From the IMG/VR virus record IMGVR_UViG_3300028654_000009: DNA of 64,000 nucleotides; one strand, 5' to 3'. Below are positions 1-9,197 of the stretch, piece after piece; the stretch's first letter is position 1, and the number at the start of each line of letters is the position of its first letter. The notes under the pieces were generated by a model. That model saw nothing but the letters and a program-made list of their open reading frames with translations, was not told the origin of the DNA and did not search any database. Position numbers and translations under genes: made by a program. The DNA comes from a virus.

Positions 1-2
1 AC

Positions 3-212
3 CAGTCGTCGCTACTGAACGACCACGAGGTGCGCCTCAAGGTCGCCGAGAAGGACCTGGGGGCGGTGATGCGCCACATGCCGGACCTGAATCGACAGGT
101 TGGCGACCACGATGCGCGCATCAAGGAACTGGACACCCTAGTCCAGGCGATGGGCGAGCGAGTAAATGACCATGAGCGGCGGCTTCGCGCACGCGAAGGG
201 AAGCCGAAATGA
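3..212 (+). CDS. 3' part of a coiled-coil protein with repeated DHExR motifs (starts before window)
   Basis: Frame open from nt 3; LNDHEVRL / VGDHDARI / VNDHERRL; C-terminus nearly identical to 15485-15649. Confidence 0.75.
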   Translation, partial: QSSLLNDHEVRLKVAEKDLGAVMRHMPDLNRQVGDHDARIKELDTLVQAMGERVNDHERRLRAREGKPK

Positions 213-409
213 CCTCCCGCGAGCGAGCGGCATTCGCGCGGGCGGCGCGGTTCTGGCGCAACGATGTGAGGCTGACGCCGTCGATACTGGAGCACGTGAA
301 CTTCGTTGAGAGCCTGGAGGACAGGGGTGCGTGGTGGCAGTTAGACGGATGGAAGCGCATCGCGCATGTCGCCGAGTCCCTAAGCCTCGACGGCGTGGCG
401 GTGCCTTGA
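209..409 (+). CDS. small hypothetical protein (MTSRERA family)
   Basis: ATGA overlap with upstream gene; paralog at 15646-15810. Confidence 0.7.
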   Translation: MTSRERAAFARAARFWRNDVRLTPSILEHVNFVESLEDRGAWWQLDGWKRIAHVAESLSLDGVAVP

Positions 410-642
410 TGTTGTACTGCAACGGAACTCCAGCGCCCTTCTGCAACGAAGGGTGCTTCGCGCGCGTCCAGTGCGTGGTTTGCCATCGCACCAAGGCACC
501 CCGTGGGCGTTCGGTGCCGATGGAGGCGGCCAACGGTTACTGCGACTTCGAGTGCCGAGGGTACGAGGTCGCGCCAACGGCGCCACACAACTGGCCGAGT
601 GAGATGTCACGCGAGCCGCCAAGTCCAGAGGTGGAGGAATGA
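409..642 (+). CDS. small Cys-rich, probably Zn-binding protein
   Basis: TGATG coupling; CVVCHRTKAPRGRSVP...CDFECRGY. Confidence 0.7.
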   Translation: MLYCNGTPAPFCNEGCFARVQCVVCHRTKAPRGRSVPMEAANGYCDFECRGYEVAPTAPHNWPSEMSREPPSPEVEE

Positions 643-743
643 GCCTTCGCGACCTCCCGGCGCGCGCCGTCGTCTCGCTCGTGCTGACGGTCGTCGGTGC
701 GCTGTTCTGGCTGCTGTCGTGCCTCGCGGGGTGCGGGCCGTGA
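639..743 (+). CDS. 34-aa signal-peptide-like ORF ending LAGC-GP
   Basis: MSLRDLPARAVVSLVLTVVGALFWLLSCLAGCGP; overlaps both neighbours (ATGA, GTGA); GGAGG upstream. Confidence 0.6.
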   Translation: MSLRDLPARAVVSLVLTVVGALFWLLSCLAGCGP

Positions 744-1180
744 AGATTGTCCCGCTCGAACTGAAGGCGCTGAACGCGCTGGTCGAGTCGCTTCACCGTC
801 ATCACAAACCGGTCCAGGGGCATCGCTTTTCGATCGGCGTCGAGCACGACGGAAAGATAGTTGGGGGGTGTTCTGTAGGTCGCCCGGTAGCCCGCGCCGT
901 ACCGCATGCGACGACGCTGGAGGTTACGCGACTGGTGACCGACGGAACGAAGAATGCGTGCAGCGCGCTCTATTCAGCAGCTGCGCGGGTCGGCAAGGAA
1001 CTTGGATACGCGAAGATTCAAACTTACATCCTCGCCAGCGAGCCCGGGACGTCGCTGCGCGCGGCTGGATGGTCAAGGGAGGCCGCCGTCAGTGGGCGTG
1101 ACTGGAACTGTCCATCGCGCAAGGGGCGACGCACAGACCAACCACAGGAGGACAAGGAAAGATGGTCAAAGCTACTGTGA
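740..1180 (+). CDS. XF1762-family GNAT-like (Mom-related) protein
   Basis: HRHHKPVQGHRFSIG, VGRPVAR, LEVTRLVTDGTKNACSALY, TYILASEPGTSLRAAGW; GTG start at 740. Confidence 0.8.
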   Translation: MKIVPLELKALNALVESLHRHHKPVQGHRFSIGVEHDGKIVGGCSVGRPVARAVPHATTLEVTRLVTDGTKNACSALYSAAARVGKELGYAKIQTYILASEPGTSLRAAGWSREAAVSGRDWNCPSRKGRRTDQPQEDKERWSKLL

Positions 1181-1620
1181 CCCGCGCGCTGCTACTCGCC
1201 CTCGCGGGGTGCGCAACGGCACCGGTCATCACCAACCCGCAGCCGGTCGTCGCTGACGTTGCGTGGCGCTGTGTGGGAGGCACGGGCCCCACGCCGACGG
1301 TGCAGATATTAGAGCAGGCGCAGCTCACGTGCCGCAACAGCCCCGGGACGCAGATGGCGGGATTCGGCTGCGGTCGCCCTGGCTACTTCATGGCGCCGTC
1401 GCTGCCCTGTGTGTGCCAGGCCGGCGAGGAGCACGGGAGCCCAATACGCATCGCCAGGACGAGCCCGCCACTCGACGACTGGAAGAACTTGATCGTTCAC
1501 GAGCTCTATCACAGGAGGTTGCTGCAACAGGGACTGGACGAGGATACGATGCACACGGGAGCGGGTTGGGCCACGGTGGTTCCTGCCTGCGACACGAAAC
1601 TGCAAGAGGAGGGATTCTGA
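1177..1620 (+). CDS. lipoprotein with HExxH zinc-peptidase motif
   Basis: Lipobox LAGC; IVHELYH...MH. Confidence 0.7.
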   Translation: MTRALLLALAGCATAPVITNPQPVVADVAWRCVGGTGPTPTVQILEQAQLTCRNSPGTQMAGFGCGRPGYFMAPSLPCVCQAGEEHGSPIRIARTSPPLDDWKNLIVHELYHRRLLQQGLDEDTMHTGAGWATVVPACDTKLQEEGF

Positions 1621-1883
1621 TGCCCGAATGCGAACCCGACATGTCCGTGACCCCGCCGACCCCGCGCCCCGCGCCGACACTGGAGGACTGCTGTCACGAC
1701 CTGCGCCTTCAGGCGTTCGGCCTGGAGCAAGTCACGCGCGCCCTCGTGACCGAGAAGAAGGTCAGCGGCGAGGCCGCTGCGCAGGCCATGCTCGCCGTGC
1801 GGCATCTCGAAGACGCCCGCATGCGTCTCGGCAAGGTCATCCAGCACGCCGTGCAGGGAGGTGTTTCAAAGTACGATCGATGA
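1620..1883 (+). CDS. small helical protein, Acb2/Tad1-like candidate
   Basis: TGATG coupling; AMLAVRHLEDARMRLGKVIQ...GGVSKYD. Confidence 0.6.
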   Translation: MPECEPDMSVTPPTPRPAPTLEDCCHDLRLQAFGLEQVTRALVTEKKVSGEAAAQAMLAVRHLEDARMRLGKVIQHAVQGGVSKYDR

Positions 1884-1893
1884 CCCGGGATAC

Positions 1894-1986
1894 CTGGGGC
1901 TGGACGAGGACATTTTGCACAAGGGCATCGCTTGGACGACGGTCGTCCCAAGCTGCAACGAGACGTTACGAGATGGAGGGTACTAG
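1894..1986 (+). pseudogene. stranded 3' fragment of a paralog/ancestor of the HExxH lipoprotein
   Basis: LGLDEDILHKGIAWTTVVPSCNETLRDGGY* aligns with QGLDEDTMHTGAGWATVVPACDTKLQEEGF*; no start codon. Confidence 0.75.
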
Positions 1987-1987
1987 G

Positions 1988-2719
1988 ATGAAAAGAGCAC
2001 TGATTGGATTGGCACTGGCGACGATGGTCGCATGTGGCGGCACGCGACAGGGGGTCGATGTCCCTGTGTCCGACCCGAGCCTTGTGGATGTGAGCCACGC
2101 AAAACTGCTCGCGAACGAGCGCGACATCGTCAACGACGTGAACTCGTTTGGGTTCCTGGAGTCGTTCGACTCGTTCAATCCGATCGGCCCCGCAGGCAGC
2201 GGTGCCCCCGAGGCGAGCATCAAGGGATCTGGCTCGTTTCGCTACACACAGGGCACCGTGTCGGGTGCGAGCGCGTGCACGTCCGGCGGGTCGTGCTGGA
2301 CAATCAGCACCGTCGGGTCGGCTACGGCCCCGTTCCTGGTGTGCCAGTCCGGCGCCGGCTCAGGCCGCGACCTCAAACTCCGACCAGCGGTGGGCGTCGA
2401 GGCCAACAACGTTGGCTCCCTCTGGCCGGCGGCGTGGTCAAACGGAGGCGCCCAGTGGGCTGGTAATACTTACTCGGGGAATTCGGGCAATGACCCGGCG
2501 ACCTGGAACGCCACGTTTAACAACATGGCGTGCGTGTGGTCGGACACCAACCAGACCGTCACTCCGACGCTGGTCTATGCGGCTTCGTTCGATTCCACGT
2601 TCGATTTCACGAGCCACATCCCGCTCCTGTGGGTCGAGATCCAGTTTACGTCGTCGCGGGGCATTTTCCCTCGCAAATACCGGCAGGTCATGCCCATGAC
2701 GTGGTCGTCCTCGTTCTGA
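1988..2719 (+). CDS. lipoprotein (beta-rich), paralog of next gene
   Basis: MKRALIGLALATMVAC lipobox; shares motifs with 2733-3554. Confidence 0.8.
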   Translation: MKRALIGLALATMVACGGTRQGVDVPVSDPSLVDVSHAKLLANERDIVNDVNSFGFLESFDSFNPIGPAGSGAPEASIKGSGSFRYTQGTVSGASACTSGGSCWTISTVGSATAPFLVCQSGAGSGRDLKLRPAVGVEANNVGSLWPAAWSNGGAQWAGNTYSGNSGNDPATWNATFNNMACVWSDTNQTVTPTLVYAASFDSTFDFTSHIPLLWVEIQFTSSRGIFPRKYRQVMPMTWSSSF

Positions 2720-2732
2720 GATGGAGAAGAGC

Positions 2733-3554
2733 ATGAAGAAGATCATCATTTTTGTGGCGCTATTGGCGGCATGCGGTGGAACCCCAAGGCCGCAGGACCT
2801 AGCCCTCGTTGAGACGGGACCGCACCAGGCTCCAGCCGAAATCTCGGTGGCGCAAGAAAAAATCGTGGCGTGTCAGTCTTACGTGCATACATCCGACGCC
2901 GGCAACGCTGGGTTTGTCGAGTTCAAGCAGGGAGGCGGAGCTGGATCATTGGTTGGAGTGGGCGTAGGGAGTTTGCCGTACTGGCGATTCGATTCCCGCG
3001 CCTCGACGTTCGTCCCAGTTAACGCATTCGCACAGATGTGCGACGAAAATCACCGAGGCGATCCCAATCGCGACTACGCCACGTGCGACTGGGTGCTTGG
3101 ACTGAGCCACACGGCAGCGCAGACCTCGGCAGCATCAGGGCCATTGCTAGTGTGCAATGGATTGGCACTGCTCAAAACCTCGTGGTCCTCGGCAGATGCC
3201 ATCGAATTCGTCGGTGGCAACAATGGTCAGTCGTGGCTGTTCCCGGCAACTTGGGATAACCACGGAACACAGTGGACCACCAAAACCTGGATTCTCGACC
3301 ACGACACTGCCAACCCCAACCCCGGAGAGTGTCACTGGGATTTCGATCCTAGCAATCCGGTGCGTATCGACAGTGTCGAAATGCTCACGTTCGAGCCCAA
3401 CGCGACCGCGCAGACGCAGCTACCCGCAATTGGGTTCGGCACTAACTGGCTATCAATCGATGTGAATTATGTCAGTCAGGGGGTAGCCTACGAATACCGG
3501 GTAGTCCAGCCGATGCATTACGATACTCCTGGGCCAGCGCACAGCTGCCCGTAA
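2733..3554 (+). CDS. lipoprotein (beta-rich), paralog of previous gene
   Basis: MKKIIIFVALLAAC lipobox; GGAG upstream. Confidence 0.8.
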   Translation: MKKIIIFVALLAACGGTPRPQDLALVETGPHQAPAEISVAQEKIVACQSYVHTSDAGNAGFVEFKQGGGAGSLVGVGVGSLPYWRFDSRASTFVPVNAFAQMCDENHRGDPNRDYATCDWVLGLSHTAAQTSAASGPLLVCNGLALLKTSWSSADAIEFVGGNNGQSWLFPATWDNHGTQWTTKTWILDHDTANPNPGECHWDFDPSNPVRIDSVEMLTFEPNATAQTQLPAIGFGTNWLSIDVNYVSQGVAYEYRVVQPMHYDTPGPAHSCP

Positions 3555-5081
3555 TTAAATCCAAGTACCAATAAAACTAGAAGGCACCAAATAGACGGCC
3601 GTGTCCAGGTCTAATTTCCTGGATGCGGCCGTCGTTCCATTTGTAACGGAACACCATGGGAAGACAGGGGCAAAGGCTCCCATGCTGAAGCTTACCGGAG
3701 TTTCCCCATCAATTGCACCAAACATGGTTCCCGAGCCCGTAGTCCAGACCTCGGCAATATGGAAATTAGTGTCAATGGCGATGGCCGAGGCCACTCCAGA
3801 GCCTCCCGAGTAGAGCCTAAAGTTCGAAGTCGAGGCTGCCCCATTGATGCCAATCCCGACAGTCGCTCCAGAACCCTGGACATAGCCCATAAGCACCTTG
3901 GTTTGAGCGTCGACACCAGACGGCACACGGAAAACGAATAGGGCGTAAGAGGTCCCCGAATTGGGGTCCGGAGCCCATGATCCTACGAATGTTTCGGGAT
4001 TACCGGAAGCAGCGATGGCAGCCGAGCTGGAGGCCGTCCCTGAGGTGTCGAGGCGGGCTAGCCCCGTACCAGTGACTCTGGTTAGAGTCCCATTGCTTCC
4101 CAGGTCCCTCGTCCAGACCGACGCCAGGTCTCCAGGGAGGGCCGCCATTGAGTCGTAGAGCGTTTCTGGGGGCTTGGTCAAGGAAAGCAGTGCCCGAGCC
4201 CTACGCGCAGCGTACAGCGCAATCGAGTCGGTCTTGAGCATGATGCCAGCGTTGAAGGGCTGGACGTCCAGACCGATGGTTAGGCCGAGATTGCCACGAG
4301 CCGTGGCTGCGTTGGCTACGTCGCTTAGGTTGTTGGCAGCCAGCAGGGCGCCCGCAGAAGACCCGAAGAGCACGAAGGTGATGGGGTCCACCCCAAGAAC
4401 AATCGAGGTATTGGTATTGACGTATGACCGCTGGCCGTTTACGGTCCCTGTTTCGATATAGGTGACAGCTCCCACAAGGTCGGACCCGGAAGCAGCGTCG
4501 GAGCTTCGGGCGGGTGGGCCAGAAGAAGCAACGACGTAAATCCCATTAGTGGTCGGGTCCGCCTGGTTTTTGATAAGCAGACGATCGCCGGTCAGAAGAG
4601 TCGCTCCGTCCACTACAGAGCCGTTTTGGAAGTCGGTGGCGATATTGCCTGGGCCGGTAGTGGCAGCGAAGCAGGGCGATTTCCACTCTGAGCTGGACCC
4701 ACCGCCTCCGCCGGAGGCATTGATGATGGGGTTCGTAGAGGTTCCGCCGAGGATGATATTGTTGCCGGCGATGATACTGTCGACCCCTCCGCCCGGGGTC
4801 CCCACCACTTGTTCTTCCGCGTTGAAGAGGGCCCCTCCGCCGTCGAAAGCAGACAGGTCTCCGAATACGTTGTTGGAGTTGTAGCCCGGTTCGTCAATTC
4901 GGCACCGGAAAGACGTGCCGTTGAGGATATCTGTGACCTGAACGTTCCGCGATATGACGCCCGTCTTGGAAATATTCCCTATCTGCCCGATGATCACCCC
5001 TAACGTGGAGGAGCAGGTCAGCACGCCGCTGGACGAAGCAGCGCTGACCGAGATAGAAACTCGCGCCGCTACGATGGACAT
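3555..5081 (-). CDS. tail fibre / virion appendage protein
   Basis: Fibre module GDRLLIKNQ...NGIYVV; ANNLSDVANAATARGNLGL; lectin-like C-terminus; TAATG-coupled. Confidence 0.75.
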   Translation of the reverse strand: MSIVAARVSISVSAASSSGVLTCSSTLGVIIGQIGNISKTGVISRNVQVTDILNGTSFRCRIDEPGYNSNNVFGDLSAFDGGGALFNAEEQVVGTPGGGVDSIIAGNNIILGGTSTNPIINASGGGGGSSSEWKSPCFAATTGPGNIATDFQNGSVVDGATLLTGDRLLIKNQADPTTNGIYVVASSGPPARSSDAASGSDLVGAVTYIETGTVNGQRSYVNTNTSIVLGVDPITFVLFGSSAGALLAANNLSDVANAATARGNLGLTIGLDVQPFNAGIMLKTDSIALYAARRARALLSLTKPPETLYDSMAALPGDLASVWTRDLGSNGTLTRVTGTGLARLDTSGTASSSAAIAASGNPETFVGSWAPDPNSGTSYALFVFRVPSGVDAQTKVLMGYVQGSGATVGIGINGAASTSNFRLYSGGSGVASAIAIDTNFHIAEVWTTGSGTMFGAIDGETPVSFSMGAFAPVFPWCSVTNGTTAASRKLDLDTAVYLVPSSFIGTWI

Positions 5082-5629
5082 TAGGTCACCGGTTGTTCGA
5101 GAAACAATTTCGCGGTCGTGTCGTTACGTTCGTCAGAAGCGTCTGCTCGGTGACAGGCGGACGAGGCCACATTCCATTGGTGGGATTTGAGTGCTGGTGC
5201 CAGATGTTGAGTTTTGATGAGATTCCCGATACCGCACTGGAAGACCCAATCCAAGGTCCCCAGCTGCGGACCCTCAGGCCATGTATCAAAGTCAGGGAAG
5301 TAGTGTTGGATCTGCTTCCCGAATTCAGCGACACGGGAAAAGAAGAGGTTTTCGATTGCCTGAATCGTCAGCCGAACGTTGGTGAATTGGGCATAGTACG
5401 AAGCTCTGAACCCTACGCCACATTTTGAGACGGTCTGGTAGGCAGCGATTACTTCCGTAGAGGGAGCCGCAGAACCGTCCTTGCGCACCCAATCCAGGGC
5501 CAGGCATGATTCTACAGTGGGAAAGTAGTTCCCGATTCCGCCTGTGACAAAGCCCTTGTTGTCCTTGTAGAGCCAACTCTTGACCCCCTCGTGGACAGAG
5601 ATGATTTGATAGGCCCGGAAGTTATTCAT
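5081..5629 (-). CDS. phage lysozyme (T4-type/GH24-like)
   Basis: HEGVKSWLYKDNKGFVTGGIGN fits the E-x8-D-x5-T catalytic pattern. Confidence 0.8.
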   Translation of the reverse strand: MNNFRAYQIISVHEGVKSWLYKDNKGFVTGGIGNYFPTVESCLALDWVRKDGSAAPSTEVIAAYQTVSKCGVGFRASYYAQFTNVRLTIQAIENLFFSRVAEFGKQIQHYFPDFDTWPEGPQLGTLDWVFQCGIGNLIKTQHLAPALKSHQWNVASSACHRADASDERNDTTAKLFLEQPVT

Positions 5630-7866
5630 TAGAGGCCGCCTGTGTATGCTGGAGAAGTTGCCAAAACGGTTTCCGTACCGTCAAACCATTGAACAACCAA
5701 GCTGTCTGTAGTGGACCGTCCGGGCGTTCCAGATGTCAAAGAAGCAAACGTTATGGAGGTGACACCGGGACTGATGGGATTAGCGGTAGAGATTTTGTAG
5801 TTGAAGCCGGTACGGACGGTTCCGGCTGTTATTCTGGTGGCCATGTTGTTGCAACACTTCGCCGAGTCGTCATTGTCTGTCGTCCTGATCAAAATCCAAG
5901 GAGTGCCCGCGCTCCCTACCTGTGTGACGACATAGATTCCGTTATCTCCGCCGGCTGTGGCCGCTGTTACCAAGATGCGGTCGTTGAGGGCAACCGCTAC
6001 GCTGTCTACCGAGAGGGCTCCGTTAGCGTTTGCCGTTAATGTGCGACCTACAGCGGGACCGCCGCTGGCAGTGTACGCTGGCAGCGCGGCAGCGGTACTT
6101 AGGCGACATGGCGCGCGCCAGAACAAGGTAGGCTTGAGGTACATCCTGGTGTATGCCAGACTTCCTCCCGATACGTACCCACCAGCGAAAGGCTGTGCCA
6201 GTGAAGTGTTGATCCGGAGCGCCCCGGACGCTTCAACAGAAAACAGTTCATCGTCGTTGGTACCTGTAACCCCAAGACTTACTTCACGTTGAGCGGCAAC
6301 ATACAAAACCCCTGCGGCTGAATAAGGTCCACTTGCGCCCAGACCATTGGCCTTCATGGAAATTCCCAACGTACCGAAGGCTGCATAAGAGGACCTCCCC
6401 CGAATAATGGTGCAGCAACCGGCGCTATCGGTCGTGGTCTGCAGGTTAATGGGGAATGAGGTTCCCGATGTAATTAGGATTTGGTTGTCTCCCCCAACAG
6501 AACCTCTACCAATGACGATGTCACCACCGGAAGGAATATTAACCGTATTCCCGAAATCAAGGTTGTGAGAGATACCGCCACAAGTCGCCGTGTAGAAACC
6601 TGTAGGAGACATTGCTACGGTCGGAACAACGGGGATGCTGGCAGGGACCCAAGAACCTGAGGCCATGCTGGTGACTCTGACTGCTCCTGTGGCTCCCGTA
6701 GTGGCCTGGCGAAACGAGCCGCCTACCGGGAACGGCTGGTCGCGCACATATACGTTCGAGCCGCTGCGGTAAGCGATTACAAAGCGCTGGCCAGGTGTGG
6801 CCGAACCGCCAAGAGTCTGCAGAGTTCCTTTTTGTGCAGTCAGGGCGTTTACGCCAGCGACGGTTCTAGTGGTAGACCTATCGATATCAACGTAAAGGCA
6901 CTGTCCGTCAGAGAGATTGGTCAGCCCCGCACTGTCTGTCAATTGGTCATTGATCTCGTTGAGGGTGGCGTTGCTGTTGTCAAAAACAAAACGAAGCCCT
7001 TGCCAATGGAGGTTGGTACCTGTCCACTCGAACGACTCCGAGGTGTTAACAAACACATTTCCGTTGCCAGTCATTCTGATGTTGCGGTCAGCGGCGAGGG
7101 AGTACCAATACTGTCCTCCGCCAATTTCCCACAACTTGGTCATGATGGCGTTCATCCAGTCTTTAGTGGAGAACAGTGAGCGGTCTCCGGCCACAGTAGC
7201 TAGAGAGGCGGAAGACTCGTCACGCCCGCCCGGCCATCCGAACGGATTCACAGACTGGGGGTTACTGCCACCCGAGCCGAGACGAAAGAGCAGGTTGCGA
7301 GCGTCTGTAATGGAAAGGATTGCGTTGGCCCCGTCTGTGGTGACCTTGGCCAAAGGACAGATGCCCGGAGTACCGCTGAACTCGGTCGTGCTGACGACAA
7401 TTACGTAGTCGAGGGTCCTCGCCAGAGGGACGGTATAAGGCGTCTCCAGGCCCGTGTCTGGGTTGTAGAATTGAACAACGTCTGCGGTGCTGTCGTCTGC
7501 GGTTCGAGTGAAGTCGATGCCTACGAAATTGACAGCGTTGGGAGCGAAGCCCCCAGACATTCTGGGGTTGACGGTCGACAGGATCTCGTTGGCTCGGTCC
7601 TCGGGTACGTGCAGGTACGAACCAGCCTCCGAGGCCTCATAATGCAGGATGAGCCCGCCGGCCGTCTGGAGAACCAGCGAGGTCGCCGCGTTCCCTATGA
7701 CGCCAGTGGTGACCAGATTGAAGCCGCTAATGATAGTTGGGACTTTATTGGTAGCGATGAGGCCTAGAACGTCGAAGTCGTTCGCAACACTGGATTCCAG
7801 GGCCCGCAGGTGTTGCAGGTCCACGCGCTGCTGACTCAACCAGTTCTGCTGCCTCTGAATTGCCAT
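5629..7866 (-). CDS. baseplate-attached tail fibre / structural protein
   Basis: 745 aa, G/S/T-rich; C-terminal DRILV...NGIYVV module; AATCTT-N5-ATG. Confidence 0.7.
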   Translation of the reverse strand: MAIQRQQNWLSQQRVDLQHLRALESSVANDFDVLGLIATNKVPTIISGFNLVTTGVIGNAATSLVLQTAGGLILHYEASEAGSYLHVPEDRANEILSTVNPRMSGGFAPNAVNFVGIDFTRTADDSTADVVQFYNPDTGLETPYTVPLARTLDYVIVVSTTEFSGTPGICPLAKVTTDGANAILSITDARNLLFRLGSGGSNPQSVNPFGWPGGRDESSASLATVAGDRSLFSTKDWMNAIMTKLWEIGGGQYWYSLAADRNIRMTGNGNVFVNTSESFEWTGTNLHWQGLRFVFDNSNATLNEINDQLTDSAGLTNLSDGQCLYVDIDRSTTRTVAGVNALTAQKGTLQTLGGSATPGQRFVIAYRSGSNVYVRDQPFPVGGSFRQATTGATGAVRVTSMASGSWVPASIPVVPTVAMSPTGFYTATCGGISHNLDFGNTVNIPSGGDIVIGRGSVGGDNQILITSGTSFPINLQTTTDSAGCCTIIRGRSSYAAFGTLGISMKANGLGASGPYSAAGVLYVAAQREVSLGVTGTNDDELFSVEASGALRINTSLAQPFAGGYVSGGSLAYTRMYLKPTLFWRAPCRLSTAAALPAYTASGGPAVGRTLTANANGALSVDSVAVALNDRILVTAATAGGDNGIYVVTQVGSAGTPWILIRTTDNDDSAKCCNNMATRITAGTVRTGFNYKISTANPISPGVTSITFASLTSGTPGRSTTDSLVVQWFDGTETVLATSPAYTGGL

Positions 7867-7871
7867 GTCCC

Positions 7872-7877
7872 AAGATT
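7872..7877 (-). promoter_or_regulatory. putative late promoter AATCTT
   Basis: AATCTT-gggac-ATG(7866). Confidence 0.75.
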
Positions 7878-7948
7878 CGTGCTAGACTGCTCCCTTGGAG
7901 TCGTGGCCCAGGTGGCGCGACAAGAAAACCCAGTAGAAGGAGAGAAAC

Positions 7949-8224
7949 ATGCAATTCAAGATGGTATTTAAGGTAAAGTCGGTTACGCAGGATTGGAATG
8001 GTGAGGCCAAGGTCAAGATGGTCCCGACGGGGGCGCCGTTGAGTGGCACGGTCGGCTCGACCGTCAATAACGAGGTCTGGGGAGGCGGCTCACCAAACGG
8101 AGAGATTTTTCTTGACAATGTCTTGGGCGATATCGGGGCCGACCTGATTGCCGGCAAGGAATACAACGTTCTGGTTTATGACATCGACCCCGTGGAAAGA
8201 GCTGGTGGAAAGACTAAGGCTTAA
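7949..8224 (+). CDS. small beta-rich phage protein
   Basis: AAGGAG upstream; FKVKSV...SPNGEI...GKEY pattern. Confidence 0.75.
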   Translation: MQFKMVFKVKSVTQDWNGEAKVKMVPTGAPLSGTVGSTVNNEVWGGGSPNGEIFLDNVLGDIGADLIAGKEYNVLVYDIDPVERAGGKTKA

Positions 8225-9192
8225 TCCGGCGAGCTGCCGTCCTCGTCCCTAGCGGCCATGTACTTCCCTATTTCTCGTTCGAGCTGAGGCTTGTTCCAGA
8301 TGTAGGGAAGGCCCTGCTTGTCGTACCGAATGTCCGTCAATGGGTCGAACTTGTTATCGACCAAGATTTGCCACCGCTCGCGGTACCATCGCTTTTTCTT
8401 GCTGCCGTGCCAAGCATGGGACAGGGTCCCGGGGATAAAGCCAATGTGCCCGCCAGTAACCGGGAGCACCTTGGCTTGCCAATCCAGGCAGGCCTTCTTG
8501 AAGCCAGCCGACATTTCGGCATGATAGCTCTCGTCAACGTGTCCGTACATGGCCCAGGCCATATGGCTGTCAGCTGAGCCCAGGGCGGCGAAGTCCATTA
8601 CGCCGCCCACCTGCTCCCAGAACTCGCGTGTAGCCGCCCAGGCGTAACCAGGGTGGCCAAAGCTGTAAGGCTGGGTAGGCTTGCTCTGGGGCTTCTTGCC
8701 TTTTGATATGAGCTGTCCGAAAGACTGGAAGAGCTGGAGGGCTTCTCCGTTGGGGCCTAGGTCTATGGTCTCGCTCCAGGGCTGAATGACGGGGTCGTGC
8801 TGGAGCTGGTGGATTGTCTCCAAAGCCCAATCGTCATTGCTGAACCAAACATCGGCATCAATCCATGCCACGTAACGCCAGTCGCGAGGCAGCAGGTGGC
8901 GTACCCCCAGGTTGATCATAGGCTCCTTGTACCAAAAGTTGTGGCTGGACCGGAGCTGGAGGTGATTGGGGTTTTGAGAATCCGTAACCTCAAAGTTGCG
9001 ATCCCCGAAAGCAAGCTCGACCACGTAAAGCTGAACGTTGGGGGTGGCCGAGATTTTCTTTTCCCACTCGCGGAAGATGCGGTAGCGGGAATGATAGCGC
9101 ATAGGATTGCTGATAACCGCAACTACGTGGAGCGTCGAATCGCTGGCCAGGTGCGGACTGTTGATCGCCTGAGAAATACCGTGGAACTTCAT
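8221..9192 (-). CDS. glycosyltransferase-like protein (GT-A, DxD)
   Basis: YVAWIDADV, GHPGYAWA, LGSADSHMA, HAWHG; own AATCTT motif. Confidence 0.7.
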   Translation of the reverse strand: MKFHGISQAINSPHLASDSTLHVVAVISNPMRYHSRYRIFREWEKKISATPNVQLYVVELAFGDRNFEVTDSQNPNHLQLRSSHNFWYKEPMINLGVRHLLPRDWRYVAWIDADVWFSNDDWALETIHQLQHDPVIQPWSETIDLGPNGEALQLFQSFGQLISKGKKPQSKPTQPYSFGHPGYAWAATREFWEQVGGVMDFAALGSADSHMAWAMYGHVDESYHAEMSAGFKKACLDWQAKVLPVTGGHIGFIPGTLSHAWHGSKKKRWYRERWQILVDNKFDPLTDIRYDKQGLPYIWNKPQLEREIGKYMAARDEDGSSPD

Positions 9193-9197
9193 GACCG

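Noticed and set aside
743-748. AATCTT on minus strand (also other intragenic copies)
   Set aside because: No start codon or ORF 5-6 nt downstream; a hexamer occurs by chance, so only positionally fixed copies were counted
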